Below, one piece after another: positions 48,645-58,623 of a stretch of 64,000 bases of DNA. The DNA lies in NCBI GenBank assembly GCA_009991965.1, contig JAACWQ010000003.1, positions 15,274 through 79,273 on the forward strand, in the 5' to 3' direction. The first letter of the stretch is position 1. The number at the start of each line of letters is the position of its first letter. Position numbers and translations under genes: made by a program. The DNA comes from Minisyncoccota bacterium (GTDB lineage: Bacteria; Patescibacteriota; Microgenomatia; UBA1400; PJMF01). The notes below the pieces were generated by a model. It saw nothing but the letters and a program-made list of their open reading frames with translations. It had not been told where the DNA came from and did no database searches.

Positions 48645-49358
48645 TTATGCCTTCTTTGCTTTCGCTTTTGAAGCTGGTGCTTTTTTTGTCACTTTTGCTG
48701 CGGCTGCTTTGGCCACTTTCTTAACTGCTGGTTTTTTAACCACTGGTTTCTTAACCAAAGCTTTTTTAGCTACTGGTTTCAGCTCCAAAACTGGGGCTGG
48801 TTTACCAGCAATGCGAGCATCAACAAGTGCTCGCGAGTTTGCAGTAAATAAAATTGTGTCTGCTTGCACGACGTGGAGTGCATTGAGCTGCGCTGCCAAA
48901 ACTGGAGTTACTCTAGAAATATTTCGCAAGGAACGAAGCTGCATTGGATCCGCTTGCTCCATAACTATGCAAATGTTTTTGGCTGTTGGTGCAACTTTTT
49001 TGAGCAGTTGGTCAGCCATCTTTGTCTTACCAGTTAATGTAGCAATTTCTGGAACAACTGAAATCACCGCAGACTGCATAGTTAGGGCACTCGACAACGC
49101 TTGTCGCTTCATGGCTGGTGGTAATGATCGAGACCAATTGGCATTGCCGTTTGGACCGTGCGCAACTCCACCGCCAACAAAAATTGGTGCTGATTTTGCT
49201 CCATGTCGGGCTCCACCAGTACCTTTTTGCTTGTAGATTTTCTTCTTGGAAAGCGAAACTTCTGCGCGAGTTTTTGTCTTGCTTGTCCCTTGTCGCTTGT
49301 TTGAAAGTGCGATGGCAACCGCCTGGGAAACTAGTTTTTTATTGATGAGTTTTTTCAT
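48645..49358 (-). CDS. rplD: 50S ribosomal protein L4 (short N-terminus, long Lys/Ala tail)
   Basis: 'RQGT..TKTRAEV', 'QKGTGGARHG..AP..VGGG..HGP'. Confidence 0.96.
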   Translation of the reverse strand: MKKLINKKLVSQAVAIALSNKRQGTSKTKTRAEVSLSKKKIYKQKGTGGARHGAKSAPIFVGGGVAHGPNGNANWSRSLPPAMKRQALSSALTMQSAVISVVPEIATLTGKTKMADQLLKKVAPTAKNICIVMEQADPMQLRSLRNISRVTPVLAAQLNALHVVQADTILFTANSRALVDARIAGKPAPVLELKPVAKKALVKKPVVKKPAVKKVAKAAAAKVTKKAPASKAKAKKA

Positions 49359-49359
49359 G

Positions 49360-50091
49360 TTATTCTGTCACCTCTGTTGGTTCTGGCTCCACCGTTTCTG
49401 CTGCTGGCTCTTTGATACCAGACGATGCAAAATCGAGTGCTACATCTTTTTGCTTACCCTGTTTGCGGATGCGCAGTGACGAACTGATTGAACCTGGTAC
49501 CGGACCACCAATCCAGATCTCTTGTTCTATAGGATCAACATGTACTATGACGAGTCCCGTGACGGTGACTGTATCGACACCAAAGTGTCCAGGCATTCGC
49601 TTGCCCTTATATACTCTACCTGGAGTCGTACCTGCGCCAATTGAACCGATAGCACGAGTACGATCAGATTGACCATGTGTCTTTGGACCACCTTTGAAAC
49701 CATAGCGTTTCACACCACCAGCAAAACCTCGACCTTTTGATGTGCCTTGCACTTTGACTACATCTCCAACTGAGAGTACATCGAGTGCTGAGACAGTGCT
49801 GCCAACAGCTGGAGCCGTCGTTTCATCAGTTGCGACAAACTTAGTACCGCGTAAAAAACGCGCGCCAACAGCAAAACCGCTCTGAGCAAGCTGAGAGCGG
49901 ACGGGTTTCTTCATGTTTTTGAGGTTTTTTTTGCCATATCCAAGCGTAAGTGCAAAGGTACCTGCAGTATCTGATTCTTTTGAACTTACGACTAAATTCG
50001 GTGCGGTTTTACAACGAGTGACAGCAATACGCTTCCCGGCTGTATTCCAGGCTTGTGTCATGCCAATTTTGGTCACAAATATATCTTGCAT
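49360..50091 (-). CDS. rplC: 50S ribosomal protein L3
   Basis: 'KIGMTQ', 'SKGRGFAGGVKR', 'GSIG..PGRVYKGKRMPGH'. Confidence 0.98.
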   Translation of the reverse strand: MQDIFVTKIGMTQAWNTAGKRIAVTRCKTAPNLVVSSKESDTAGTFALTLGYGKKNLKNMKKPVRSQLAQSGFAVGARFLRGTKFVATDETTAPAVGSTVSALDVLSVGDVVKVQGTSKGRGFAGGVKRYGFKGGPKTHGQSDRTRAIGSIGAGTTPGRVYKGKRMPGHFGVDTVTVTGLVIVHVDPIEQEIWIGGPVPGSISSSLRIRKQGKQKDVALDFASSGIKEPAAETVEPEPTEVTE

Positions 50092-50127
50092 ACGTTTTAT
50101 TATCTTTATTTGCCTGGCGCATTCAGC

Positions 50128-50460
50128 TTACATCTTTATTTGAATTGATACTCCGGCTGGTAACTCTAGATGCATTAATGAATCTATAGTCTTACTTGTT
50201 GGGTTAACGATATCGAGCATGCGTTTGTGTGTTCTGATCTCAAAATGCTCTTGGGCATTCTTGTCTGAGTGTGGCGAGGTCAAAACGGTGAATTCGCGAA
50301 TGTTCGTTGGCAAAGGGACTGGGCCTACCACCTGTGCGCCAGTAGAAAGGGTTGTTTCAAGGATTTTCTTACTTGCTTCATCAATTACTCGATGGTCGTA
50401 AGACTTGAGACGGACTCTGATCTTGTTAACTGGTGCCGCTGTTTTATCTTGTTTTGCCAT
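50128..50460 (-). CDS. rpsJ: 30S ribosomal protein S10
   Basis: '[10 protein letters not shown]', 'GPVPLPT', 'FEIRTHKR', 'LPAGV'. Confidence 0.98.
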   Translation of the reverse strand: MAKQDKTAAPVNKIRVRLKSYDHRVIDEASKKILETTLSTGAQVVGPVPLPTNIREFTVLTSPHSDKNAQEHFEIRTHKRMLDIVNPTSKTIDSLMHLELPAGVSIQIKM

Positions 50461-50490
50461 GTATCTTTCTTGACCAAATCGTAGGGTGCG

Positions 50491-50519
50491 ATTATACAAA
50501 CATTTTCTCGAGAAGTAAA
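50491..50519 (-). promoter_or_regulatory. S10 operon promoter
   Basis: Minus strand TTTACT, 17-nt spacer, TATAAT, 30 nt upstream of the rpsJ ATG. Confidence 0.6.
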
Positions 50520-50552
50520 CCCCGTCACTCGAGATTGAGTTGTATGATCGGC

Positions 50553-50587
50553 AGAAAAAAGAAGCGCCCGAGGTTTCCTCGAGCGCT
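50553..50587 (-). terminator. Rho-independent terminator after tuf
   Basis: Minus strand AGCGCTCGAGG-AAA-CCTCGGGCGCT followed by TCTTTTTTCT. Confidence 0.85.
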
Positions 50588-50607
50588 ACCCAATTCTTTT
50601 CTTTGTT

Positions 50608-51804
50608 TTACTTCAGGATTTTGGTTATTGCTCCTGCACCAATAGTGTGTCCGCCTTCACGAATTGCAAAACGCAATCCCTCGTGTAGAGCTACTGGCAC
50701 TATCAATTTTACAGTCATCTTGGCATTATCGCCAGGAATTACCATTTCTACACCTTCTGGCAAAGAGATCTCGCCAGTTACATCTGTGGTTCTGATGTAG
50801 AACTGTGGTCGGTAACCTGTGAAGAATGGTTTGTGACGACCACCCTCTTCTTTGGTAAGAATGTATACCTCTGCCTCAAAATCGGTGTGTGGCTTTGCTG
50901 TTCCTGGTTTTGCAAGAACTTGTCCGCGCTCAACATCATCTTTGCCGACACCGCGCAAGAGAATTCCGACGTTATCGCCAGCTTCACCTTGATCGAGCAT
51001 CTTTCGGAACATTTCAACACCAGTAACGGTTGTTTTCTGTGCCTTGTGCAAACCGACGATTTCAATTTCTTCGCCAACTTTGACAATACCGGTTGCGATT
51101 CTGCCAGTGACAACAGTGCCTCTTCCTTTGATAGAGAAGACATCTTCGATAGGCATAGAGAATGGTTTGTCAAGTTCTCGAACTGGATCTGGAATATACG
51201 AGTCAACAGTGTCCATGAGCTCCATGATTTTATCTTGAGCCGCTGAATCACCCTCGAGAGCCTTAAGTGCACTAACGCGAACAATCGGAGTCTTGTCACC
51301 ATCATAACCATATTTAGTGAGCAATTCGCGAACTTCCATTTCGACCAAGTCGAGCAACTCTGCGTCGTCAACCATATCACACTTGTTCAGTGCGACCACA
51401 ATTTGTGGAACGTTCACCTGCTTGGCCAAGAGAATGTGCTCTCTTGTTTGTGGCATAGGACCATCGGTAGCTGCGACAACCAAAATTGCACCGTCCATCT
51501 GAGCGGCACCAGTGATCATGTTTTTGATGTAGTCAGCATGTCCTGGAGCATCGATGTGTGCGTAGTGACGCTTTGCTGTTTCGTACTCTATGTGAGAAAT
51601 GTTAATCGTAACACCACGAGCAGCCTCTTCTGGAGCATTGTCAATATCGCCATAACCCATGGCTTTATTAATATCTGAGGGTACTCTTGCAGCTAGCGTT
51701 GTGGTAATTGCTGCTGAGAGTGTTGTTTTACCGTGATCAACGTGACCGATTGTCCCGATGTTTACGTGTTGTTTGTTGCGAACAAATTTTTTTGCGTCTG
51801 CCAT
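50608..51804 (-). CDS. tuf: Elongation factor Tu
   Basis: 'GHVDHGKTT', 'RGVTI', 'DAPGHADY', 'NKCD', 'YRPQFY'. Confidence 0.99.
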   Translation of the reverse strand: MADAKKFVRNKQHVNIGTIGHVDHGKTTLSAAITTTLAARVPSDINKAMGYGDIDNAPEEAARGVTINISHIEYETAKRHYAHIDAPGHADYIKNMITGAAQMDGAILVVAATDGPMPQTREHILLAKQVNVPQIVVALNKCDMVDDAELLDLVEMEVRELLTKYGYDGDKTPIVRVSALKALEGDSAAQDKIMELMDTVDSYIPDPVRELDKPFSMPIEDVFSIKGRGTVVTGRIATGIVKVGEEIEIVGLHKAQKTTVTGVEMFRKMLDQGEAGDNVGILLRGVGKDDVERGQVLAKPGTAKPHTDFEAEVYILTKEEGGRHKPFFTGYRPQFYIRTTDVTGEISLPEGVEMVIPGDNAKMTVKLIVPVALHEGLRFAIREGGHTIGAGAITKILK

Positions 51805-51837
51805 TGTGCCTCCGTTTTTTATACTTTCAAACTACTA

Positions 51838-53964
51838 CTATTTTTGTCGTTCTGCGATAATTTTTTCTGTAATTGATTGCGGTACGATCTCATAATGACT
51901 TGGAAGCATCACTGAAGACGCTCTACCTTGAGTCATGCTTCTGAGGATTGTAACATAGCCCTGCATCTCTGCCAATGGCGCGAGTGCGGTGATGATGGTT
52001 GTTGCACCTCGAGTTGCGGTGCCTTGAATTTGCGCTCTACGTGAGCCTAAATCTCCGATAACATCTCCCATAAAGTCATCTGGGGTAGAAACCTCAAGTT
52101 TCATGATTGGCTCGAGCAAAACCATACCAGCAGTCTTGACACCTTCGCGCATACCGAGGGATCCGGCCATCTTAAATGACAACTCACTTGAGTCAACGTC
52201 GTGATATGAACCATCGTACAAGGCAACTGCGATATCGGTCATTGGGTAGCCAGCAAGAAATCCGCGCTCGAGTGATTCTTGGATACCCTTGTTTGCAGGT
52301 TCTATGTACTCTCTGGGAACTGAGCCACCAGTAACTTCATTTTTGAATTCGTAACCAGTACCTCTGTCTTTTGGTTCCAGACGAAGTAGTACGTGACCAT
52401 ATTGTCCGCGACCACCGCTCTGCTTAATATATTTACCTTCTGCCTCGACAACTTTGGTAATTGTTTCTTTATATGCAACTTGTGGTTTTCCAACATCGGC
52501 ATCGACACCAAACTCACGCTTCATACGATCGACAATGATTTCAAGATGTAACTCACCCATGCCACCGATGATTGTCTGGCCAGTGTCCACATTTGAACTG
52601 ATTTTGAATGTTGGATCTTCTTCGCCGAGCTTGGCCAAAGCCATACCCATTTTTTCTTGATCAGACTTGGTTCGTGGTTCGATAGCAAGTGAGATAACAG
52701 GTTCGGAGAAGGTGATACCTTCAAGAATGATTGGATTTGCTTCGTCACAGAGTGTGTCGCCCGTCTTAGTTTCTTTGAGACCAACAATTGCAACGATCTC
52801 GCCCGCGCGCGCTTCGGTGATTTCTTCGCGCTGATTTGCATGCATGAGGAGCAAGCGTCCGACACGTTCTTTCTTTTTTCGGGTGGAGTTATAGGTGTAG
52901 GTGCCTGATTGTAAAACACCAGAATACACTCGACAGTAGGTGAGCTTACCAACGTGTGGGTCTGTCTGGATTTTGAACGCCAACAAACTCAATTTTTCTT
53001 CTGGAACAAGCTTGCGTACTACTTCTTCGTCAGTCTTCGGGTTGGTGCCAGTAATGTGATCAATGTCTGTTGGTGATGGCAAGTACTCTACAACTGCATC
53101 AAGTACGGGTTGAACACCGGTATTTTTGAGTGAAGAACCAGCAAAAACAGGAACTAGTTTGTATGCGATAACAGCACGTCGCAGCGCAGCTTTTAACTCT
53201 TCTACAGTTATTTCTTCTTCTGCAAAAAACTTTTCGAGCAATGCGTCGTCAGTCTCAGCAATCGCCTCTACAAGCACTGCGCGCATTTTCTCTACTTCTT
53301 CTTTGTATTTTTCTGGAACTTCTTTGACTTCTGGTTCTGTAGCTGCTGCAGAGTCATGCCAGTACAACGCCTTACGCTCAATCAGTTGGATGACACCTTC
53401 AAAGTCATTTTCTGCACCCATTGGCAAAACCATAACCGCAGGAATAACTCCAAATTTTACTCTGATATCTTCGACTGTAGCCATAAAATCCGCACCAAGT
53501 TTGTCCATTTTATTGACAAAACAAATTCGTGGTACATTGTATTTATCTGCTTGGCGCCAAACGGTTTCGGATTGTGACTGCACGCCCTCACTGGCATCCA
53601 GCACAGTCACGCCGCCATCAAGCACGCGAAGGCTGCGTTCTACTTCAGCAGTAAAATCGACATGCCCTGGGGTGTCAATAATGTTGAGTCGATATGGCGC
53701 TTTGACTAAATTTGTCTCGAGATATGGTGTCCAAAACGTCGTGGTTGCAGCGGAAACAATCGTGATGCCTCGCTCTTGCTCTTGTGCCATCCAGTCCATA
53801 GTTGCAGCACCTTCGTGAACCTCACCAATTTTGTATGTTTTTCCGGTAAAAAATAGAATACGCTCTGTAGTTGTGGTTTTACCTGCATCAATATGAGCAA
53901 TAATGCCGATATTACGAATGCGGGTTAAAGGAACTTGCTGGGATTTTGGAGACGGGGTAGCCAT
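51838..53964 (-). CDS. fusA: Elongation factor G
   Basis: 'AHIDAGKTT', 'RGITI', 'DTPGH', 'NKMD', 'GMGELHL'. Confidence 0.99.
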   Translation of the reverse strand: MATPSPKSQQVPLTRIRNIGIIAHIDAGKTTTTERILFFTGKTYKIGEVHEGAATMDWMAQEQERGITIVSAATTTFWTPYLETNLVKAPYRLNIIDTPGHVDFTAEVERSLRVLDGGVTVLDASEGVQSQSETVWRQADKYNVPRICFVNKMDKLGADFMATVEDIRVKFGVIPAVMVLPMGAENDFEGVIQLIERKALYWHDSAAATEPEVKEVPEKYKEEVEKMRAVLVEAIAETDDALLEKFFAEEEITVEELKAALRRAVIAYKLVPVFAGSSLKNTGVQPVLDAVVEYLPSPTDIDHITGTNPKTDEEVVRKLVPEEKLSLLAFKIQTDPHVGKLTYCRVYSGVLQSGTYTYNSTRKKKERVGRLLLMHANQREEITEARAGEIVAIVGLKETKTGDTLCDEANPIILEGITFSEPVISLAIEPRTKSDQEKMGMALAKLGEEDPTFKISSNVDTGQTIIGGMGELHLEIIVDRMKREFGVDADVGKPQVAYKETITKVVEAEGKYIKQSGGRGQYGHVLLRLEPKDRGTGYEFKNEVTGGSVPREYIEPANKGIQESLERGFLAGYPMTDIAVALYDGSYHDVDSSELSFKMAGSLGMREGVKTAGMVLLEPIMKLEVSTPDDFMGDVIGDLGSRRAQIQGTATRGATTIITALAPLAEMQGYVTILRSMTQGRASSVMLPSHYEIVPQSITEKIIAERQK

Positions 53965-53973
53965 AGGAATCGC

Positions 53974-54450
53974 TTACCAACGGAAATGAGCAAATGCTTT
54001 ATTGGCCTCAGCCATACGGTGCGCTGTCTGCTTGCGATTAATTGTGCCACCAGTGTTATCGAGTGCATCAAGCATTTCTGCGGCCAACTTTTCACCAAAT
54101 GAGTGAAACTGCTTGCTTGGTCGTTTGTTAGATTCTTGCACTAACCAACGCAAAGCAAGTGCCTCACTACGACGAGGTCGTACTGGCATTGGCACCTGAT
54201 ATGCGGCGCCGCCAACACGACGAGAGCGAACTTCCATCTGTGGGGTAACTGCAACCAGGACAGTGTTGAGTAGATCAATTGGTTTCAGCTTAGATTTTGT
54301 GGCGGCGAGTTCGAGTGCGTTGTAGACTTGTTTCTTTGCCACACTCTGTTTGCCGTCTTTCATGACGTAGTTAATCAGACGAGCAACAACGATTGAATCG
54401 TATTTGCCATCTGGAGCAACTGTTCTAACTGGAGGTCGTTTTGATCGCAT
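53974..54450 (-). CDS. rpsG: 30S ribosomal protein S7
   Basis: 'RRVGGAAYQVP', 'HRMAEANKAFAH'. Confidence 0.99.
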   Translation of the reverse strand: MRSKRPPVRTVAPDGKYDSIVVARLINYVMKDGKQSVAKKQVYNALELAATKSKLKPIDLLNTVLVAVTPQMEVRSRRVGGAAYQVPMPVRPRRSEALALRWLVQESNKRPSKQFHSFGEKLAAEMLDALDNTGGTINRKQTAHRMAEANKAFAHFRW

Positions 54451-54466
54451 AATTCTTTAACGGGGA

Positions 54467-54874
54467 TTAGCCACGCTTCACACCATATTTACTACGACTG
54501 GTCTTGCGTCCATCTACGCCAGTGGCATCAAACTTACCACGCACGATGTGATACTTCACACCAGGTAAATCTTTGACACGACCACCGCGGACTAGCACAA
54601 TACTATGCTCTGCTAGAGAGTGACCCTCGCCCATGATGTAGGCGGTGACCTCCATCTTGTTGGACAAACGAACACGAGCAACTTTACGCAATGCAGAGTT
54701 AGGTTTCTTTGGCGTCATCGTCTTGACGACAGTACAAACACCACGTTTTTGTGGATTATTTGTCTTGACTGGACGACCCGTATTTGAGTTGAAACTGCGA
54801 CGCAATGCACTTGCTTTAATCGTAGCTGGTTTGCTTCTGCGGCCTTTGCGAACTAGTTGATTTATTGTTGGCAT
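54467..54874 (-). CDS. rpsL: 30S ribosomal protein S12
   Basis: 'MPTINQL', '[10 protein letters not shown]', 'RVKDLPGV'. Confidence 0.99.
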   Translation of the reverse strand: MPTINQLVRKGRRSKPATIKASALRRSFNSNTGRPVKTNNPQKRGVCTVVKTMTPKKPNSALRKVARVRLSNKMEVTAYIMGEGHSLAEHSIVLVRGGRVKDLPGVKYHIVRGKFDATGVDGRKTSRSKYGVKRG

Positions 54875-54937
54875 ATATTTCTCTCTTCGAGATTCATGAT
54901 TTTATCACATCCCCTGCCTGAGTGCAGAGGTAAACCA

Positions 54938-57900
54938 TTAAATTCTTGCTCGCTCCTCACTTGTCGGGATTAAGCGACCAATAATAACGTTCTCTTTGAG
55001 TCCTTGCAGTTCGTCGACAGCTCCAATACTCGCAGCGTCGGTGAGGATGTGTTTCGTATGCTGGAATGATGCAGCAGAGAGCCATGAGTCTGTGTACAAC
55101 GAAGAGCGAGTTATGCCAAGGAATAGTACCTTTGCAGTTGCAGGCTCACCACCAGCAGCGATTGTCTCTTCATTGATCTGACTAAAGCGACTGCGTTGTG
55201 CAATTTCTCCTGCCAAGAATGAGGTGTCGCCTGATGCTTCGATCTGCAATTTGTCGCTCATCTTGCGCACAATCACTTCAAAATGCTTGTCGTGAATTGG
55301 AATACCTTGTGATTCGTATACACGTTGCACTTCTCGAACCAAATGCTGTTGCACCGGCAAGAGTCCCTGCAATTGCAGCATCTCGCGTAGGTTAATCGAA
55401 CCAGCAGTAAGCTGCTGACCGATGTGAACCAAGTCACCGTCTTCGACGATTATTGGTGTGCGAGACGAGATTGTGTACTCGACTTTATCCGTGGTTCCAA
55501 TCGTAATAATTGTTTCATCGTCTTTGGTTTTGATCTTCACCTTACCCGCAACTTCGGCAATTAATGCCTGATTTTTGGGAATACGTGCCTCGAGTAATTC
55601 TTCGACCCGTGGCAAACCCTGAGTAACATCAAGACCGAGAATACCACCTGAGTGCTTCACACGCATAGTCAGCTGTGTACCCGGTTCACCAATAGATTGT
55701 GCTGCGACAATACCGACTGGAACACCGAGTTGCACCATGTCGTGGGTGGAAAAATCCCAACCATAACACTGTGAGCACATACCCTTGATCGCTTGACAAG
55801 CAAGTGGGGATCGAACAAATACTGGACTGATATTTGCATCGGCAATTTCTTGAGACAAAACTGGAGTAATAATTTCTCCCTGTTTGACCAAGGTTTTTTT
55901 GCCAAACTTGATGTCTTGCGCAGCAATGCGACCCATGATTCTGGTGGCATAAATATCTGGTCGATCTGCTTGAACGACTTCGATGCCTTCCGTTGCACCA
56001 CAGTCTTCGAGTCTGATGATAACGTCATGCGCTACATCACACAAACGACGAGTGAGATATCCTGCATCCGCAGTTTTAATAGCAGAGTCAGTCAAACCTT
56101 TTCTCGAACCACGTGCAGAGGTCACATACTCAAAGATAGAAAGGCCTTCGCGGAAATTGGACTTCGTCGGCATTTCCACAATGTTACCTAATGGATCTAC
56201 AACCAAGCCCCGCATAGCAGCGAGCTGTTTGACCTGATCCTTGGAAGCACGAGTACCTCCGGAGTTAATCATAACTTTGACCGCATTGGTCTCTGCATAT
56301 GAATTCCAGGTTTTCTCTGCAACAGTGTCAGTGGTCTTAATCCATACATCGAATGCAAGGCGTTTGCGCTCATCAGCAGAGATGCTTCCCTCAAGGTATT
56401 CCTCTTGGATTGTCTCTACCTGTTTATTTGCTAACTCAACAATGTCATTTTTCTCTGGAATCATGGCGCAGTCAGTCACTGAAACTGAAAGTCCAGAATC
56501 TGTCGCTGCGCGGAATCCGAGATCTTTGATGTCATCGATAAGAGCAGAAACTTCATCGCGTTCGTGCACTTGAATCGCTCGAGTCACAATTTGCTTAATG
56601 CGCTGGGCATTGACTGGCTCATTGATAAACTCGAAGGAGTCTGGCAAAACTGCGTTGAACATCAATCGTCCGACTGTGGTTTCGAGTCGCTCAAACTTAC
56701 CCGCTATTTCCAAACGAACAGTGATCAATTGACGACGAGTGATATGACCTGTCTGGAATGCGAACAAAGCTTCTTGCGTGTTTGCAAATACCTTTGGGAA
56801 TGCTGGCTTATCTTCATTAGCAATGGTGAGGTAGTAAATACCCATAGCCATCTCTTTGTTTGGCACTGTGATAGGTTCACCATTTGCTGGCTTCAACAAA
56901 TTATGTGTTGCAAGCATAAGACTACTTGCCTCGGCTTGTGCCTCAACAGTCAGTGGTACGTGCACAGCCATCTGGTCACCGTCAAAATCAGCGTTATAAC
57001 CTGAACACACACAAGGATGCAGGCGGATCGCATTTCCCTCAATCAAAATTGGGAAAAATGACTGCATACCTAGTTTATGCAAAGTTGGCGCACGGTTCAA
57101 AATAACTGGATGATTGGTGGTGACTTGCTCAAGAATGTCGTACACCATAGGCTCTCGACGCTCAATAAGTTGTCGCGCACTCTTAACGTTTGGCGCAACT
57201 CCTTGCACGATCAACTCGCGCAAAACATATGGCTTAAAGATCTCAAGCGCCATGTCTTTTGGAATACCGCACTCATTGAGTTTTAGTTCTGGACCAACAA
57301 CGATAACTGATCTTCCAGAGTAGTCAACCCGTTTGCCCAACAAATTTTGTCGGAAACGACCTTGTTTGCCACGCAACATTTCACTGAGTGATTTGAGTGG
57401 TCTACGAGTCGCTCTTCGTCGAGATTGACGCGCTTGTGTGCCATCAATCAGCGAGTCTACTGCTTCTTGCAACATACGTTTTTCATTACGCAAAATGATT
57501 TCTGGTGCACCAAGATCAAGCAAGTGCTTCAGACGGTTGTTACGGTTAATTACTCGACGATACAGGTCATTAAGATCTGAAGTAGCAAATCTACCGCCAC
57601 TGAGCTGGACCATAGGTCGCAAATCTGGAGGGATAACTGGCAATATGTTGAGGAACATCCAGGTTGGATCGATCTGAGCCTTCTGCATGCCCTCGATTAC
57701 TCGAAGTCGTTTGGTGGCTTTGATTCGTCTTGCACCCTTACTCTCATTCATTTCTATGCGTAACTTCTCTACCAAGTCGTCGAGCTTCAGTTCTTGTACG
57801 AGCTCGAGCAGACTCTCGGCACCCATACCAACGCGCAAGTGAGAAGCAACGTCGTACTCTTCAATCTTGAGGTACTCATCTTCGGAAAGAATCACACCGA

Positions 57901-58615
57901 GGTTGATTTTCTTTACCATTGACTTCAGCGCTTTGTAAATCTCTTCTGTCTGAACAGTTTGGCTGTCGAGCTGCTTCTTGAGTGAAGCAATCTTATTTTT
58001 TGCTTTAAGCTGTAACTCAGAAACTTTGAGTTGCAATGTCTCTTTGTTGGTGACTTTTTCTTTGAGACTAACGAGATTTGTTTTGAGCGCTTCTGTTACT
58101 TTTTCCATCTCTGTTTTGGCAACATCTTTTAGCTCGTCCACTGCAGCGACCAAGTCGACATCCATTTTTTCGAGATTTTGTACTTTTTCGTCGTTATCTA
58201 TCTCGAGCACAATGTATTTTGAAAAATACACGAGGGCATTAATATTTCTTGGCGAGATATCGAGCAACAATGAAAGCTTAGAAGGAGCTCCTTTGAAAAA
58301 CCAAATGTGTGAAACAGGTGCGGCCAAACTAATGTGGCCCATACGCTCTCGACGAACTTTTGCCTGGGTAACTTCGACACCACACTTATCGCAAATAATA
58401 CCGCGATACCGGATTCGTTTGTACTTACCACAGTAACACTCATAATCCTTCATTGGGCCAAAGATTTTCTCGTCAAAAAGACCATCTTTTTCTGCTCGAA
58501 GCGAGCGGTAGTTGATGGTTTCTGGCTTACGAACCTCGCCGAACGACCAAGACTTAATCACTTCTGGTGAAGCAATTCTAATTTCAAGAGCGGTAAAATC
58601 GATCATGTTTTTCAT
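54938..58615 (-). CDS. rpoC: RNA polymerase beta' subunit
   Basis: Zn finger 'CYCGKY..CDKC', 'GKRVDYSGRS', catalytic 'NADFDGD', 'GLKENVIIG'. Confidence 0.99.
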   Translation of the reverse strand: MKNMIDFTALEIRIASPEVIKSWSFGEVRKPETINYRSLRAEKDGLFDEKIFGPMKDYECYCGKYKRIRYRGIICDKCGVEVTQAKVRRERMGHISLAAPVSHIWFFKGAPSKLSLLLDISPRNINALVYFSKYIVLEIDNDEKVQNLEKMDVDLVAAVDELKDVAKTEMEKVTEALKTNLVSLKEKVTNKETLQLKVSELQLKAKNKIASLKKQLDSQTVQTEEIYKALKSMVKKINLGVILSEDEYLKIEEYDVASHLRVGMGAESLLELVQELKLDDLVEKLRIEMNESKGARRIKATKRLRVIEGMQKAQIDPTWMFLNILPVIPPDLRPMVQLSGGRFATSDLNDLYRRVINRNNRLKHLLDLGAPEIILRNEKRMLQEAVDSLIDGTQARQSRRRATRRPLKSLSEMLRGKQGRFRQNLLGKRVDYSGRSVIVVGPELKLNECGIPKDMALEIFKPYVLRELIVQGVAPNVKSARQLIERREPMVYDILEQVTTNHPVILNRAPTLHKLGMQSFFPILIEGNAIRLHPCVCSGYNADFDGDQMAVHVPLTVEAQAEASSLMLATHNLLKPANGEPITVPNKEMAMGIYYLTIANEDKPAFPKVFANTQEALFAFQTGHITRRQLITVRLEIAGKFERLETTVGRLMFNAVLPDSFEFINEPVNAQRIKQIVTRAIQVHERDEVSALIDDIKDLGFRAATDSGLSVSVTDCAMIPEKNDIVELANKQVETIQEEYLEGSISADERKRLAFDVWIKTTDTVAEKTWNSYAETNAVKVMINSGGTRASKDQVKQLAAMRGLVVDPLGNIVEMPTKSNFREGLSIFEYVTSARGSRKGLTDSAIKTADAGYLTRRLCDVAHDVIIRLEDCGATEGIEVVQADRPDIYATRIMGRIAAQDIKFGKKTLVKQGEIITPVLSQEIADANISPVFVRSPLACQAIKGMCSQCYGWDFSTHDMVQLGVPVGIVAAQSIGEPGTQLTMRVKHSGGILGLDVTQGLPRVEELLEARIPKNQALIAEVAGKVKIKTKDDETIITIGTTDKVEYTISSRTPIIVEDGDLVHIGQQLTAGSINLREMLQLQGLLPVQQHLVREVQRVYESQGIPIHDKHFEVIVRKMSDKLQIEASGDTSFLAGEIAQRSRFSQINEETIAAGGEPATAKVLFLGITRSSLYTDSWLSAASFQHTKHILTDAASIGAVDELQGLKENVIIGRLIPTSEERARI

Positions 58616-58623
58616 ATGCTCCT

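Noticed and set aside
54467-54874. Streptomycin-resistance alleles or an unusual insert in rpsL
   Set aside because: PKKPNSA and RVKDLPG are wild-type, and the ~13-aa insert is known from Firmicutes-type S12.
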